A stretch of DNA of 64,000 nucleotides, taken from contig JAIPHA010000004.1 in NCBI GenBank assembly GCA_021735445.1, positions 1,508-65,507 on the forward strand, written 5' to 3'. Made by a program: the position numbers and the translations under genes. Below are positions 38,458-48,162 of the stretch, piece by piece (the first letter of the stretch is position 1; each line of letters starts with the position of its first letter). The notes under the pieces are model-generated. The model saw only the letters and a program-made list of their open reading frames with translations. It was not told the origin of the DNA and searched no databases. The DNA is from Candidatus Omnitrophota bacterium. GTDB lineage: Bacteria > Omnitrophota > Gorgyraeia > Duberdicusellales > 4484-171.

Positions 38458-38499
38458 TAAAAGAATTGAGAAAGTGGTGATTTCTGATAGAATAAGGCA

Positions 38500-39297
38500 A
38501 TGCAGGCAAAGGTAAAACAATTCAACGTAAAGCTAAGAGAAGTTAAAAAGGTAAAGGATGATATCTTTTTACTTAGCTTTCAGTCAAGCCATATCGCCAG
38601 GGTTGCCCAACCGGGCAATTTTCTTCATCTAAAACTACAATCAACTATATTACGCAGGCCTTTGAGCATTCACAAAATAGAAAACAACTTAATCTATATA
38701 CTTTTTAAAGTAAGGGGCCGGGGGACAAAGGCTTTGGCGCAAAAGAGAAAAAATGACCGGTTAGATATTATTGGGCCGCTAGGAAATGGATTTAAAATAA
38801 AAAAAGGCGAAAATTCAATTTTAGTTGGCGGAGGAATTGGAGTCGCTCCTTTGTTGTTTTTGGCGCAGAAGTTGGTAGAATGTTCAACGTTCAACGTTCA
38901 ACGTTCAACGTTAGAAAATATAATATTGCTGGGGGCTAAGGATAGAAAAGAAGTTGTTTGCGAAAAAGAATTTAAGAATTTGGGTTTTCGAATAAAAGTT
39001 GCTACTGAAGACGGATCAAAAGGCCAAAAAGGTTTTGTTACTGACTTATTAAAAAAACAACTGATGGCTTATGACTTAGAACTTAGGACTCATGTATACG
39101 CTTGCGGCCCCAAAGGTATGTTCTATCAAATAAGTAAAATTGTGAAACAGTACAAGGATTTGGATACACAGCTTTCTTTTGAACAATTTATGGGCTGCGG
39201 CCTAGGAGTATGTTGCGCCTGTGTTATTCTTACTAAGGCTGGTTATAAAAAAGTATGTCAAGATGGGCCGGTGTTTAGTTTAAAAGAGATATATTAA
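38500..39297 (+). CDS. pyrK: dihydroorotate dehydrogenase electron-transfer subunit
   Basis: FAD/NAD-binding RPLSI, GGGIGVAPL; C-terminal 2Fe-2S CGLGVCCAC. Confidence 0.88.
   Translation: MQAKVKQFNVKLREVKKVKDDIFLLSFQSSHIARVAQPGNFLHLKLQSTILRRPLSIHKIENNLIYILFKVRGRGTKALAQKRKNDRLDIIGPLGNGFKIKKGENSILVGGGIGVAPLLFLAQKLVECSTFNVQRSTLENIILLGAKDRKEVVCEKEFKNLGFRIKVATEDGSKGQKGFVTDLLKKQLMAYDLELRTHVYACGPKGMFYQISKIVKQYKDLDTQLSFEQFMGCGLGVCCACVILTKAGYKKVCQDGPVFSLKEIY
38882..38912 (+). repeat. heptanucleotide tandem repeat (GTTCAAC, 4.4 units) inside pyrK
   Basis: gttcaac gttcaac gttcaac gttcaac gtt; encodes STFNVQRSTL. Confidence 0.9.
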
Positions 39298-39313
39298 TAT
39301 TAAGGAGGGGAAT

Positions 39314-39670
39314 GTGTGGTATTTATATATAGCTTTAGGGCTGGGAGCAGGAGTGTTTAGTGGTTTTTTGGGTTTAGGAGGAGGAGCTGTAATGATTCCC
39401 GCCTTAGTTTATCTGGTTGGGTTTAGCCAGCATCAAGCCCAGGGCACAACTTTAGCGATGATGATCCCCCCGATTGGCCTACTTGCCGCAATTAGGTATT
39501 ATCAGGCTGGTAATGTAAAAATAAAGGTAGCGGCTTTAATGTGTATAGGTTTTTTTGTGGGAGGGTATCTGGGGGCAAAATTTGTCCATAAAATACCAGA
39601 TTTGGCTCTGAGAAGATTTTTTGGCTTGTTTTTATTCGTTATTTCTTTAAAGATGATTTTAGGCAAGTAG
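39314..39670 (+). CDS. half-size TSUP (TauE/SafE-like) membrane protein
   Basis: 118 aa; 4 TM helices; GxGGG motif LGLGGGAVMIPAL; GTG start after AAGGAGG. Confidence 0.65.
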   Translation: MWYLYIALGLGAGVFSGFLGLGGGAVMIPALVYLVGFSQHQAQGTTLAMMIPPIGLLAAIRYYQAGNVKIKVAALMCIGFFVGGYLGAKFVHKIPDLALRRFFGLFLFVISLKMILGK

Positions 39671-39715
39671 CTTTTATTGTTTGAAAATTAAATGGTTATA
39701 GAATAGAATAAAAAG

Positions 39716-40621
39716 ATGAATTTAGCAGTTAATATTGGTAAGTTAAAATTAAAAAATCCAATCATTTGCGCTTCCGGCACCTTTGGCTTTGGTGATGAGT
39801 TAAAAAGATTAGTGGATTTTTCTTCGATTGGCGCGGTAGTTTCAAAAACTATTACAGCAGAGCCAAGAGAGGGCAATATCCCCCCGCGAATTTATGAAAC
39901 TGACTGCGGAGTGATTAATTCGATAGGGCTTGCTAATCCGGGTGTTGATTCATTTATTAAAGAAAAACTTCCGGCATTGGGAAGGTTAAAGACCAACCAT
40001 ATTATAAGTTTAGGAGGTTTTTCAGAAAAAGAATATAAGCAGTTAGTGGAGAAGCTTGATAAGCAAGATAAGGTCGATGCTTTTGAGCTTAATCTATCTT
40101 GCCCTAATCTGGGTAAAGAAAAATTAATTTCACAAAGCCAAAAATTAAGTTCTGATTTAGTAAAAGGTTTAAGAAAGTTAACTAAAAAAACCTTAATCGT
40201 AAAGCTTACTCCCGAGGTCACCGATATCGTAAAGATTGCCAAGGCCGTAGAAAGGGCAGGCGCAGATGCGATTTCAATGGTAAATACATATTTTTCTTTA
40301 GCTATCGATATCGAAACCAAAAAGCCTTATTTAGGCAATGTTACCGGAGGCTATTCCGGGCCAGCAATAAAACCGATGAGTTTATACCGGGTCTGGAAGG
40401 TAGCTAATTCTTTAAGAATTCCCGTAGTTGGCGGAGGCGGAATTACCGATTATAAAGATGCCCTGGAATTTTTGCTGGCCGGCGCGGCCGCGGTAAGCTT
40501 GGGGACGATAAACTTGACCGATCCTAATGCGGCAAAGGATATCTTATCGGGGGTTAAAGCTTATATGGATAAAAATAAAATGAAAAAAATAAGCGATTTA
40601 AGGAGGAGTTTTAATGGTTGA
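39716..40621 (+). CDS. pyrD: dihydroorotate dehydrogenase, class 1B catalytic subunit
   Basis: NPIICASGTFGFG, NLSCPN, GGGI motifs. Confidence 0.92.
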   Translation: MNLAVNIGKLKLKNPIICASGTFGFGDELKRLVDFSSIGAVVSKTITAEPREGNIPPRIYETDCGVINSIGLANPGVDSFIKEKLPALGRLKTNHIISLGGFSEKEYKQLVEKLDKQDKVDAFELNLSCPNLGKEKLISQSQKLSSDLVKGLRKLTKKTLIVKLTPEVTDIVKIAKAVERAGADAISMVNTYFSLAIDIETKKPYLGNVTGGYSGPAIKPMSLYRVWKVANSLRIPVVGGGGITDYKDALEFLLAGAAAVSLGTINLTDPNAAKDILSGVKAYMDKNKMKKISDLRRSFNG

Positions 40622-41306
40622 TTTATGGCCCGGTTTAGTTGTCGCCCTTGATCTGGATTCAGAAGAAAAAATAAAAAGTATAGTTGAACAACTGACGCCT
40701 AAGGTAAAGAAGTTTAAAATAGGCCCGGTAGCCTATACTAGATTTGGCCCGGAAGCTATTAATTGGGTTTGTAAAAAAGGCGCAGATGTATTTTTAGATT
40801 TTAAACTTTATGATATTCCAAATACTATGATTGAAACCGCTAAAGCTTTTGTCGACCTGGGTATCTGGGCTTTTACTGTGCATCTAAAAGCGGGGAGAGA
40901 AAGCATTTCAATGCTAACTGATCAAGTTGCGGATTATGCTAAAGAAAATAATAAAAGAGCCCCCTTGGCCTTTGGAGTTACGGAGTTAACTTCAAAAGAA
41001 GCTTCTTTAGAGCAAATTTTAAATTTGGCCAAAGAAGGGAAAGAAGCAGGGATTCAAGGGATTGTTTGCAGTGTTTGGGAAGCAAAGACGATTAAAGAAG
41101 AAACAGGCTTACTTGCTATAACTCCCGGGATAAGGATTACTTCCCAGCAAGCAGGAAAAGGTGTATCTTCTGATGATCAAAAAAGAATTGCGAGCCTGGC
41201 TGATGCAGTTAAAGCGGGTTCTGATTATTTTGTAGTAGGCCGTCCGATAGTTAAAAGCCATAATCCTTTTTTGGCAGCAGAAAACCTGGTCAAGAGCGCC
41301 CTTTGA
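40614..41306 (+). CDS. pyrF: orotidine 5'-phosphate decarboxylase
   Basis: LDFKLYDIPNT, VVGRPI. Confidence 0.9.
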   Translation: MVDLWPGLVVALDLDSEEKIKSIVEQLTPKVKKFKIGPVAYTRFGPEAINWVCKKGADVFLDFKLYDIPNTMIETAKAFVDLGIWAFTVHLKAGRESISMLTDQVADYAKENNKRAPLAFGVTELTSKEASLEQILNLAKEGKEAGIQGIVCSVWEAKTIKEETGLLAITPGIRITSQQAGKGVSSDDQKRIASLADAVKAGSDYFVVGRPIVKSHNPFLAAENLVKSAL

Positions 41307-41413
41307 AATAATTTGCATTTTTAAGCGAAAGTTTTATAATTTTGTTTCAAATAGATATACACAGATTTTTAAAATACACACAGATATCGGCATAAGTTTA
41401 CCGGGAGGCAATA

Positions 41414-42025
41414 ATGGATGTTAAATTAGAAAGTTTAATCGAAAAGATTCAGAAAGAAGGAGTCGAGCAGGCTGAGCAAAAATCGAATCAAATAATAAAA
41501 GAGGCTCAGCAAAAAGGAAAAGAAATAATCAAAAAAGCGCAAGAAGAGGCAGAAAAGACCAAAGAAGAGGCTAAAAAAGAAGCAGAGAAGTTTCAAAAAA
41601 ACGCAGAAAGCTCTCTTGAGCAGGCCGCGCGCAACGTAATACTGTCGGTGAAAGAAAAGCTCACTTTTATATTTGACGCTATTTTAAAGAAAGAGCTAAA
41701 AAAAACATTGACGCCTGAATTGATGGCAAAAATGTTAGAAAATATAGTGGTAAAATGGGCTGAAGGCAAAAGTAAGAGTCTTGAGGTTTTAGTAAACCAC
41801 GATGACAAAGAAAAGATAGAGGAACTCCTGTTGCTTAGGTTTAAAGAAGAAGCAAAAAAAGAAATAGAGATAAAAAGTTCGGGATCTTTTGCCAAAGGTT
41901 TTCAAATTGGGATAAAAGGCGAAGACACCCATTATGATTTTTCTGATGAAGGGATAACCGAGGCCTTATCGGTTTTTTTAAACCCGGCTATTTCAGATTT
42001 AATTTCAGTTAAAAAGAATGGATAA
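41414..42025 (+). CDS. atpE: V-type ATP synthase subunit E
   Basis: 203 aa; long N-terminal Lys/Glu/Ala coiled coil; first gene of the V-ATPase operon. Confidence 0.75.
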   Translation: MDVKLESLIEKIQKEGVEQAEQKSNQIIKEAQQKGKEIIKKAQEEAEKTKEEAKKEAEKFQKNAESSLEQAARNVILSVKEKLTFIFDAILKKELKKTLTPELMAKMLENIVVKWAEGKSKSLEVLVNHDDKEKIEELLLLRFKEEAKKEIEIKSSGSFAKGFQIGIKGEDTHYDFSDEGITEALSVFLNPAISDLISVKKNG

Positions 42026-42524
42026 ATACTACTATCTTATTGCTCAGCTGCCATTGCTTAAGTTCGGGGAAAGGGTTTATTTAGATAAAAATCTTTTTTT
42101 AGAAGAAGCTAAGAAATGGTTAAGCGAGGAAGAGTTTGTTAAACTTAAAGGAGCCGGAATCGATGATTTGGAAAAAAAGGGTAAAACTTCTTTTACAAAA
42201 GAGTATAAAGGATTTGAGCTGGCTTTAAGGGAAAGTTTAGCGGCATACAGGGAAAGCAAAAAAAATAAACAAGAATATCAGGCCGGGCCGGTATTGGATA
42301 AAAAACTTTTGCAAGGGAATCCGCTTGAAGTTGAAAAAAAGTTATTTTTATATAGGTGGCAGAAAGTTGACCATCTCTCCCAAGGGAATGTTTTTAATCT
42401 CGAAGCGGTAATAGCGTATTTTATTAAATTACAAATATTAGAAAAAGTATTAAGCTTTGACAAAGAAGAAGGAACTAAAAAATTTGATTCATTAACAGAG
42501 GTGGAAGATGAAAAAATCCGGTAA
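42018..42524 (+). CDS. DUF2764-like V-ATPase-associated protein
   Basis: MDKYYYLIAQLPLL N-terminus and position between E and A, as in Bacteroidetes/Chlamydia-type operons. Confidence 0.6.
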   Translation: MDKYYYLIAQLPLLKFGERVYLDKNLFLEEAKKWLSEEEFVKLKGAGIDDLEKKGKTSFTKEYKGFELALRESLAAYRESKKNKQEYQAGPVLDKKLLQGNPLEVEKKLFLYRWQKVDHLSQGNVFNLEAVIAYFIKLQILEKVLSFDKEEGTKKFDSLTEVEDEKIR

Positions 42525-44250
42525 AATAATCGCAATTAGCGGGAACATGATTACAGTTGAATTTGCTGAAAGCATCTCACAGAATGAAGTAGGTTATGTT
42601 ATAGCCGGCCAGCAACGCCTTAAATCAGAAGTGATTCGCATAAGCCAAAATACTGCTTCTATGCAGGTTTTCGAAGACACAAAAGGCATAAAAGTAGGGG
42701 ACAAAGTTGAATTTTCAGGGGAGATGATCTCAGTTGAGCTTGGCCCCGGGCTCCTAGGCCAGGTTTATGACGGACTGCAAAATCCTCTTCATGATTTAGC
42801 CAAGGAGGTGGGGGTTTTTTTGCCAAGAGGCAAACAGCTTGAAGCCGTGGATAGCGAAAAAAAGTGGCACTTTAAGCCCCAAGAGGGTGTCGAAGGCAAA
42901 AAGGTTATAGCCGGCCAGCCTCTGGGCTATGTGGAAGAAGGAATTTTTAAGCATTTTATTTTTGTTCCTTTTTCTGCAAAAGGAGATTTAACTGTTAAAA
43001 AGATATCCTCAGAGGGCGATTATAAGGTCAAAGATAAAATAGCTGTTTTAGAAGATCAATCCGGAGCTAAGATCGAAGTAACTATGATAACTACTTGGCC
43101 GGTTAAGGTTCCAATTTCAGCTTATACTCAAAAATTTACGCCGCAAGAATCATTGGCCACCAAGATGAGAATCTTGGATACTTTTTTCCCGGTGGCTAAG
43201 GGAGGAACTTATTGTATTCCCGGCCCATTTGGATCAGGGAAAACAGTTTTACAGCAACTTATAAGCCGCTACGCGGATGTAGACGTGGTAATTCTTGCTG
43301 CTTGCGGGGAAAGAGCCGGAGAAGTTGTGGAGACTTTAAAAGAATTTCCTAAATTAGAAGACCCGCGTACAGGGCGTTCGCTTATGGAAAGAACTATTGT
43401 TATTTGCAACACAAGCTCGATGCCGGTTGCAGCCAGGGACGCGTCGGTTTATACCGCGGCAACATTAGGCGAATACTACCGGCAAATGGGGTTAAATGTT
43501 TTGCTTTTGGCAGATTCAACTTCGCGCTGGGCTCAAGCAATGCGCGAAATATCGGGGAGGCTGGAAGAAATACCCGGAGAAGAAGCTTATCCTGCCTATC
43601 TCGAATCTCGTATTGCCGAATTTTACGAAAGAGCCGGACAGGTCAAACTTCCTTTTGATAAAAAGGGAAGCCTTACTATTGGGGGAACGGTTTCTCCGGC
43701 GGGAGGCAACTTTGACGAACCGGTTACTCAATCCACTCTTAAGGTTGTAGGGGCTTTCCATGGATTATCCCGGGATAGAGCCAATGCCCGTAAATACCCT
43801 TCGGTTGACCCGCTGCAGAGCTGGTCACGCTATCAAACTCCGTTAAACAAAGACAAAGTGCAAAAAGCTAGAAATATTTTGAAAAAAGGCGATGAGGTTG
43901 ACCAGATGATGAAAGTTGTGGGAGAAGAAGGGACTTCTTTGGACGATTATCAAATTTACTTAAAGTCGGATTTTTTAGATGCGGTTTATTTGCAGCAAAA
44001 TGGATTTAATCCAATAGATGCAGCCACAGGAATTGAGAGACAGGCTTATGTTTTTGATAAGATATTTTTTATCCTTGATTCTAAGTTTAAGTTTTCCGAT
44101 AAAGATCAGGCAAGGAAAATGTTTTATAAGCTAAGGTCACTTTTTATTGACTGGAACTATACAGAAAAAGACTCAGATAAATATAAAAACTCAGAAAAAG
44201 AAATTGACCAATTTTTAAGTTCACAAAAACAAAAAGAGGAAGAAAAATGA
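42508..44250 (+). CDS. atpA: V-type ATP synthase catalytic subunit A
   Basis: Walker [10 protein letters not shown]; 580 aa. Confidence 0.93.
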   Translation: MKKSGKIIAISGNMITVEFAESISQNEVGYVIAGQQRLKSEVIRISQNTASMQVFEDTKGIKVGDKVEFSGEMISVELGPGLLGQVYDGLQNPLHDLAKEVGVFLPRGKQLEAVDSEKKWHFKPQEGVEGKKVIAGQPLGYVEEGIFKHFIFVPFSAKGDLTVKKISSEGDYKVKDKIAVLEDQSGAKIEVTMITTWPVKVPISAYTQKFTPQESLATKMRILDTFFPVAKGGTYCIPGPFGSGKTVLQQLISRYADVDVVILAACGERAGEVVETLKEFPKLEDPRTGRSLMERTIVICNTSSMPVAARDASVYTAATLGEYYRQMGLNVLLLADSTSRWAQAMREISGRLEEIPGEEAYPAYLESRIAEFYERAGQVKLPFDKKGSLTIGGTVSPAGGNFDEPVTQSTLKVVGAFHGLSRDRANARKYPSVDPLQSWSRYQTPLNKDKVQKARNILKKGDEVDQMMKVVGEEGTSLDDYQIYLKSDFLDAVYLQQNGFNPIDAATGIERQAYVFDKIFFILDSKFKFSDKDQARKMFYKLRSLFIDWNYTEKDSDKYKNSEKEIDQFLSSQKQKEEEK

Positions 44251-45560
44251 GAAAAGTTCATAGTAAAATTTTAAGCATTGTCGGAAATGTAATTACAGTT
44301 AAAGCAAAAGATGTTTCTTATGAAGAGTTGGCTGAGGTTAGAAGCAGCAGGGGCAAATCTTTAGCCCAGGTTATAAAAGTTGATAATGATTTAGTATCTT
44401 TGCAGGTTTTTGCGGGAAGCCGCGGGGTTTCAACTAATGATCAAGTGATATTTTTAGGGCATCCGATGAAAGTTTCTTTTTCAGAAGATATGCTAGGCAG
44501 AGTTTTTGACGGAAGCGGCAGGCCCCGGGATAAAGGCCCCGGTTTAGGGGAAAATACGATTGAGATTTCCGGCCCCACAGTTAATCCGGTTAAAAGGACT
44601 ATACCAAAGAGGATGATTAGGACAAATATACCGATGATTGATGTTTTTAACTCTTTGGTTGTCTCGCAAAAGCTGCCTATATTTTCTATATCCGGAGAAC
44701 CTTATAATGAGTTATTAGCCAGAATCGCTTTACAAGCTGAGGCTGATATGATTATTTTAGGGGGAATTGGTTTAAAGCACGATCAATATTTATTTTTTAA
44801 AAATAAATTAGAAGAAGGCGGAGCTCTCCCGCGTTCGGTATTTTTTGTCCATACTGCGTCGGACCCTGTGGTTGAAGGGTTGATGATTCCGGATCTTTGT
44901 TTGGCGGTAGCAGAAAAATTTGCGCTTAAAAATAAAGATGTTTTAGTTTTGCTTTCAGATATGACTAATTTTGCTGATGCTTTAAAAGAGATTGCGATTA
45001 CTATGGAGCAGGTTCCTTCAAATAGAGGTTATCCAGGTGATCTTTACAGCCAGTTAGCTAAAAGATATGAAAAAGCAGTTGAGTTTGAAGACGCAGGTTC
45101 CATCACTATTCTTTCGGTGACAACTATGCCCGGAGATGACGTAACCCATCCGGTTCCCGATAATACAGGCTATATTACAGAAGGCCAGTTTTATCTGCGC
45201 GGTGGCTCAATAGAGCCTTTTGGTTCTCTCAGCCGCCTTAAGCAGCAGGTAAACGATAAGACCAGAAAAGACCACCGGGCGATTATGGATGGGATGATTC
45301 AGCTTTATGCTAAATACCGGGACACCGAAGAAAAACGTTCTATGGGTTTTAGAATGAGTTCTTGGGATAGAAAACTTCTTAAATACGGAAAGCTCTTTGA
45401 AGCAGAGATGATGGATTTAGCCGTAAATATTCCTATTGAAAAAGCTTTAGATAAAGGATGGCAGATGCTTTCTGATTGTTTTGAACCCGAAGAAACTAAT
45501 TTTAGAAGTGATTTAATAAAAGAGTTTTGGCCAGAACCACAGAACCACAAAAAAATATAG
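44247..45560 (+). CDS. atpB: V-type ATP synthase subunit B
   Basis: 437 aa; [10 protein letters not shown] motif; 4-nt overlap with A. Confidence 0.93.
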   Translation: MRKVHSKILSIVGNVITVKAKDVSYEELAEVRSSRGKSLAQVIKVDNDLVSLQVFAGSRGVSTNDQVIFLGHPMKVSFSEDMLGRVFDGSGRPRDKGPGLGENTIEISGPTVNPVKRTIPKRMIRTNIPMIDVFNSLVVSQKLPIFSISGEPYNELLARIALQAEADMIILGGIGLKHDQYLFFKNKLEEGGALPRSVFFVHTASDPVVEGLMIPDLCLAVAEKFALKNKDVLVLLSDMTNFADALKEIAITMEQVPSNRGYPGDLYSQLAKRYEKAVEFEDAGSITILSVTTMPGDDVTHPVPDNTGYITEGQFYLRGGSIEPFGSLSRLKQQVNDKTRKDHRAIMDGMIQLYAKYRDTEEKRSMGFRMSSWDRKLLKYGKLFEAEMMDLAVNIPIEKALDKGWQMLSDCFEPEETNFRSDLIKEFWPEPQNHKKI

Positions 45561-45631
45561 AAACACAGAAAATATGAAAGATTTAATGCGATAAAAGCGT
45601 TGACAACAGTTTTGTTGCATAAAGAAGGATT

Positions 45632-46222
45632 ATGGGTCAGGTTAGAATAACCAAGCAAGAGCTAAGAAAACAAAAAGATTCCCTGGCAAGGTTTAGGCGT
45701 TACCTGCCTACCCTGCAGCTTAAAAAAAAGCAATTGCAGCAACAGATTGTAAAGGTCCACCAGCAAATCGATAAAGTATCCAAGGAAGAAGAGGACTTCA
45801 GAAACGAAGTTATTAACTGGGTGGATTTGTTCGCTCAGCAGAATTCAATCAGAGAAGTTTTAAGCTTGAAGGCTATAAAAACCGGGCGGGGGAATGTGGC
45901 CGGTGTTGATTTGCCTATATTTGATAGAGTTGATTTCGAATTAAAAAGTTACAATCTGGTGGAAACTCCTCTTTGGCTTGATTCTGGTATTGAAGCTGTT
46001 AAAAAGGTAATTAACTATAAGGCAGAATTGATTGTGTTGCATAGGCAACTGGATGCTTTAAAAGAAGAGCTGAGGCTTACTAATCAAAGGGTTAATCTAT
46101 TTGAAAAGGTTAAGATTCCCGAATCAGAAGGCAATATCCGGATGATCCAAATTTACTTGGGAGAAAGAAGGACAGCCGCTGTAGTTAGAGGTAAAATCGC
46201 CAAAGCCAAAATAGATAAATAA
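45632..46222 (+). CDS. atpD: V-type ATP synthase subunit D
   Basis: 196 aa; TKQELRKQKDSLARFRRYLPTLQLKK typical N-terminus. Confidence 0.88.
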   Translation: MGQVRITKQELRKQKDSLARFRRYLPTLQLKKKQLQQQIVKVHQQIDKVSKEEEDFRNEVINWVDLFAQQNSIREVLSLKAIKTGRGNVAGVDLPIFDRVDFELKSYNLVETPLWLDSGIEAVKKVINYKAELIVLHRQLDALKEELRLTNQRVNLFEKVKIPESEGNIRMIQIYLGERRTAAVVRGKIAKAKIDK

Positions 46223-46389
46223 TCAATTACAAGTATGTATACGCTTTTTTGCCAAAGGCAAAACATTCTCCGGATATAACCTAAGAGAATACAGCGTATC
46301 CATATAATGTATTAGACTCACGAATTACGATGAACTTTTTAATGGCTGTTTTACTTTTGTTAAAATAGATAAATAATCAATTACAAGAT
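46208..46389. repeat. family B structured repeat between atpD and atpI
   Basis: A perfect 26-bp direct repeat aaaatagataaataatcaattacaag (46208-46233, 46362-46387) flanks a 128-bp core homologous to 16938-17100 (inverted). Confidence 0.8.
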
Positions 46390-48159
46390 ATGATTGTAAA
46401 GATGCGCAAACTCACAATTTTAGTATCAAAGACAAGCATTGATTCAGCTTTACATGATCTGCGTGAGCTAGGGGTGTTTCATGTATCTCATTTAAGAAAA
46501 CCCCATGCCGATTATATAGACACGGTAAGGAAAAGGTTGTCAAGATTAAATAAAGTTTTGGATATAGTAGGGGAATCAAAAAAGCAAAAAAAACTTAGCA
46601 GAGAAGAGCTAATTTCTGCTTCTAAAGAAATTGTGGGTTTGGTTCAAGAAAGAAGCAAACTTAAAAGCCGACTGGCGGAATTAAGCCAAAAAACCGCCTG
46701 GTTTGGGCAATGGGGAGATATTTCAAAAAAGGATTTGGAAAAACTGGCGGATAAAAATATTTTCATCAAATTATATTTTTGCAGCGAAAAAGAATTCAAA
46801 AAGTTAAACAAGGATAAATTAGTTTACATTGTTGGGCGAAAAGGATCTAATTTACGCTTAATCCATATATCTACAAGCAAAAATGAAGAGCTAAAGTTTC
46901 AGCGGGACGAAGTTCCTCAGGAGAGTTTGAGCTCACTTAATAAAGAAATTAATTATATTCAACAGAGCAGGAAAGCAATCGAGGGAAAAATAAGTTCATT
47001 TTCAGTTTACCGGGATTGTTTTACCGGGTACAAGAAGAAATTGCTTAATAAGCTTGAGTTTATAAAAGTGAAATTTGGAATGGAAGGCAGCGAAGCTTTA
47101 GCCTGGCTCCAGGGGTTTTGCCCCCTGGATTCAGTAAAAAAAATAAAAAAAACCGCTCAAAAAAATGGTTGGGCAATAGCCGTTGAGAAACCTGATAACC
47201 CAAGAGAAGTACCTACTTTAATCAGAAATCCAAAGTGGGTCGAAATTATAAAACCGGTTTTTAATTTTATGGGTACTTTGCCCGGTTATAAGGAGTATGA
47301 TATCAGTTTTTGGTTTTTATTATTTTTTAGCCTATTTTTTGCTATGCTGGTGGGAGACGCAGGGTATGGGGTTATTTTTCTTACAGCTACTTATTTGGCC
47401 AGAAGGAAATTCAAACAAGCTCCGGCTGCGCCCTTTTTTTTAATCTACAGCTTAAGCTTTGCAACCGTTGTTTGGGGCGCTTTATCGGGTAATTGGTTCG
47501 GGGTAGAAGCTGTCACTAAATTGCCTTTTTTTAATTTTTTAGTTGTTGACCGGATTAACAGTTTTGCAAAAACTAATCAAAATTTTATGATTTATTTTTG
47601 TTTTGTAATCGGGGTGGTGCATTTATCGATAGCCCATTTAATAAAAGCTTTTCGTTATTTGAATTCTTTGAAAGTTTTGGCGGAAATTGGCTGGGTTTGT
47701 ATTTTGTGGACAGCCTTTTTTGTGGCCAGCCAGTTGCTTGTGGGCAAACCGGCTCCGGATTTTATCTCAGGGTTAGGTATAGCCGGTATAACCGCCGTTA
47801 TTTTATTCTCTAACTTTCAAAAGAATATTTTAAAAGGCGCCCTTTCGACTTTAGGGACTTTACCTTTAGACGTAATCAGCTCTTTTACCGATATTATTTC
47901 TTACCTGCGCCTTTTTGCTGTAGGGTACGCAACGCTTGCTGTTGCCACCGCTTTTAATACAATGGCAACAAGTACGGGCCTGGGGGGATTCTTAGGCGGA
48001 GTTGCGGCCGCAATAATTCTTTTTCTCGGGCATAGTTTAAATATTTTGTTATGTTTGATGTCGGTTGTAGTTCACGGAATCAGATTGAATTTACTTGAAT
48101 TTTCCGGGCAATTAGGAATGGAGTGGTCCGGCAAAGAGTACCGGCCATTCCGGGAGTAA
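46390..48159 (+). CDS. atpI: V-type ATP synthase subunit I (a-subunit)
   Basis: 589 aa; cytoplasmic N-domain plus a multi-TM C-domain with the conserved Arg region LRLFAVGYA. Confidence 0.9.
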   Translation: MIVKMRKLTILVSKTSIDSALHDLRELGVFHVSHLRKPHADYIDTVRKRLSRLNKVLDIVGESKKQKKLSREELISASKEIVGLVQERSKLKSRLAELSQKTAWFGQWGDISKKDLEKLADKNIFIKLYFCSEKEFKKLNKDKLVYIVGRKGSNLRLIHISTSKNEELKFQRDEVPQESLSSLNKEINYIQQSRKAIEGKISSFSVYRDCFTGYKKKLLNKLEFIKVKFGMEGSEALAWLQGFCPLDSVKKIKKTAQKNGWAIAVEKPDNPREVPTLIRNPKWVEIIKPVFNFMGTLPGYKEYDISFWFLLFFSLFFAMLVGDAGYGVIFLTATYLARRKFKQAPAAPFFLIYSLSFATVVWGALSGNWFGVEAVTKLPFFNFLVVDRINSFAKTNQNFMIYFCFVIGVVHLSIAHLIKAFRYLNSLKVLAEIGWVCILWTAFFVASQLLVGKPAPDFISGLGIAGITAVILFSNFQKNILKGALSTLGTLPLDVISSFTDIISYLRLFAVGYATLAVATAFNTMATSTGLGGFLGGVAAAIILFLGHSLNILLCLMSVVVHGIRLNLLEFSGQLGMEWSGKEYRPFRE

Positions 48160-48162
48160 AAA

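Noticed and set aside
39892-40320. 142-aa minus-strand ORF opposite pyrD
   Set aside because: It is a shadow ORF of a conserved gene. The same applies to 31409-31747, 32150-32449, 37039-37314, 41593-41895, 42278-42535, 45305-45658, 52374-52673, 52937-53428, 53519-53881 and 58144-58413.
43404-43761. Three 81-84-aa ORFs in alternative frames within V-ATPase subunit A
   Set aside because: They lie inside the highly conserved atpA frame. Their Arg/Gly-rich translations are typical of out-of-frame reading of a GC-richer gene segment.
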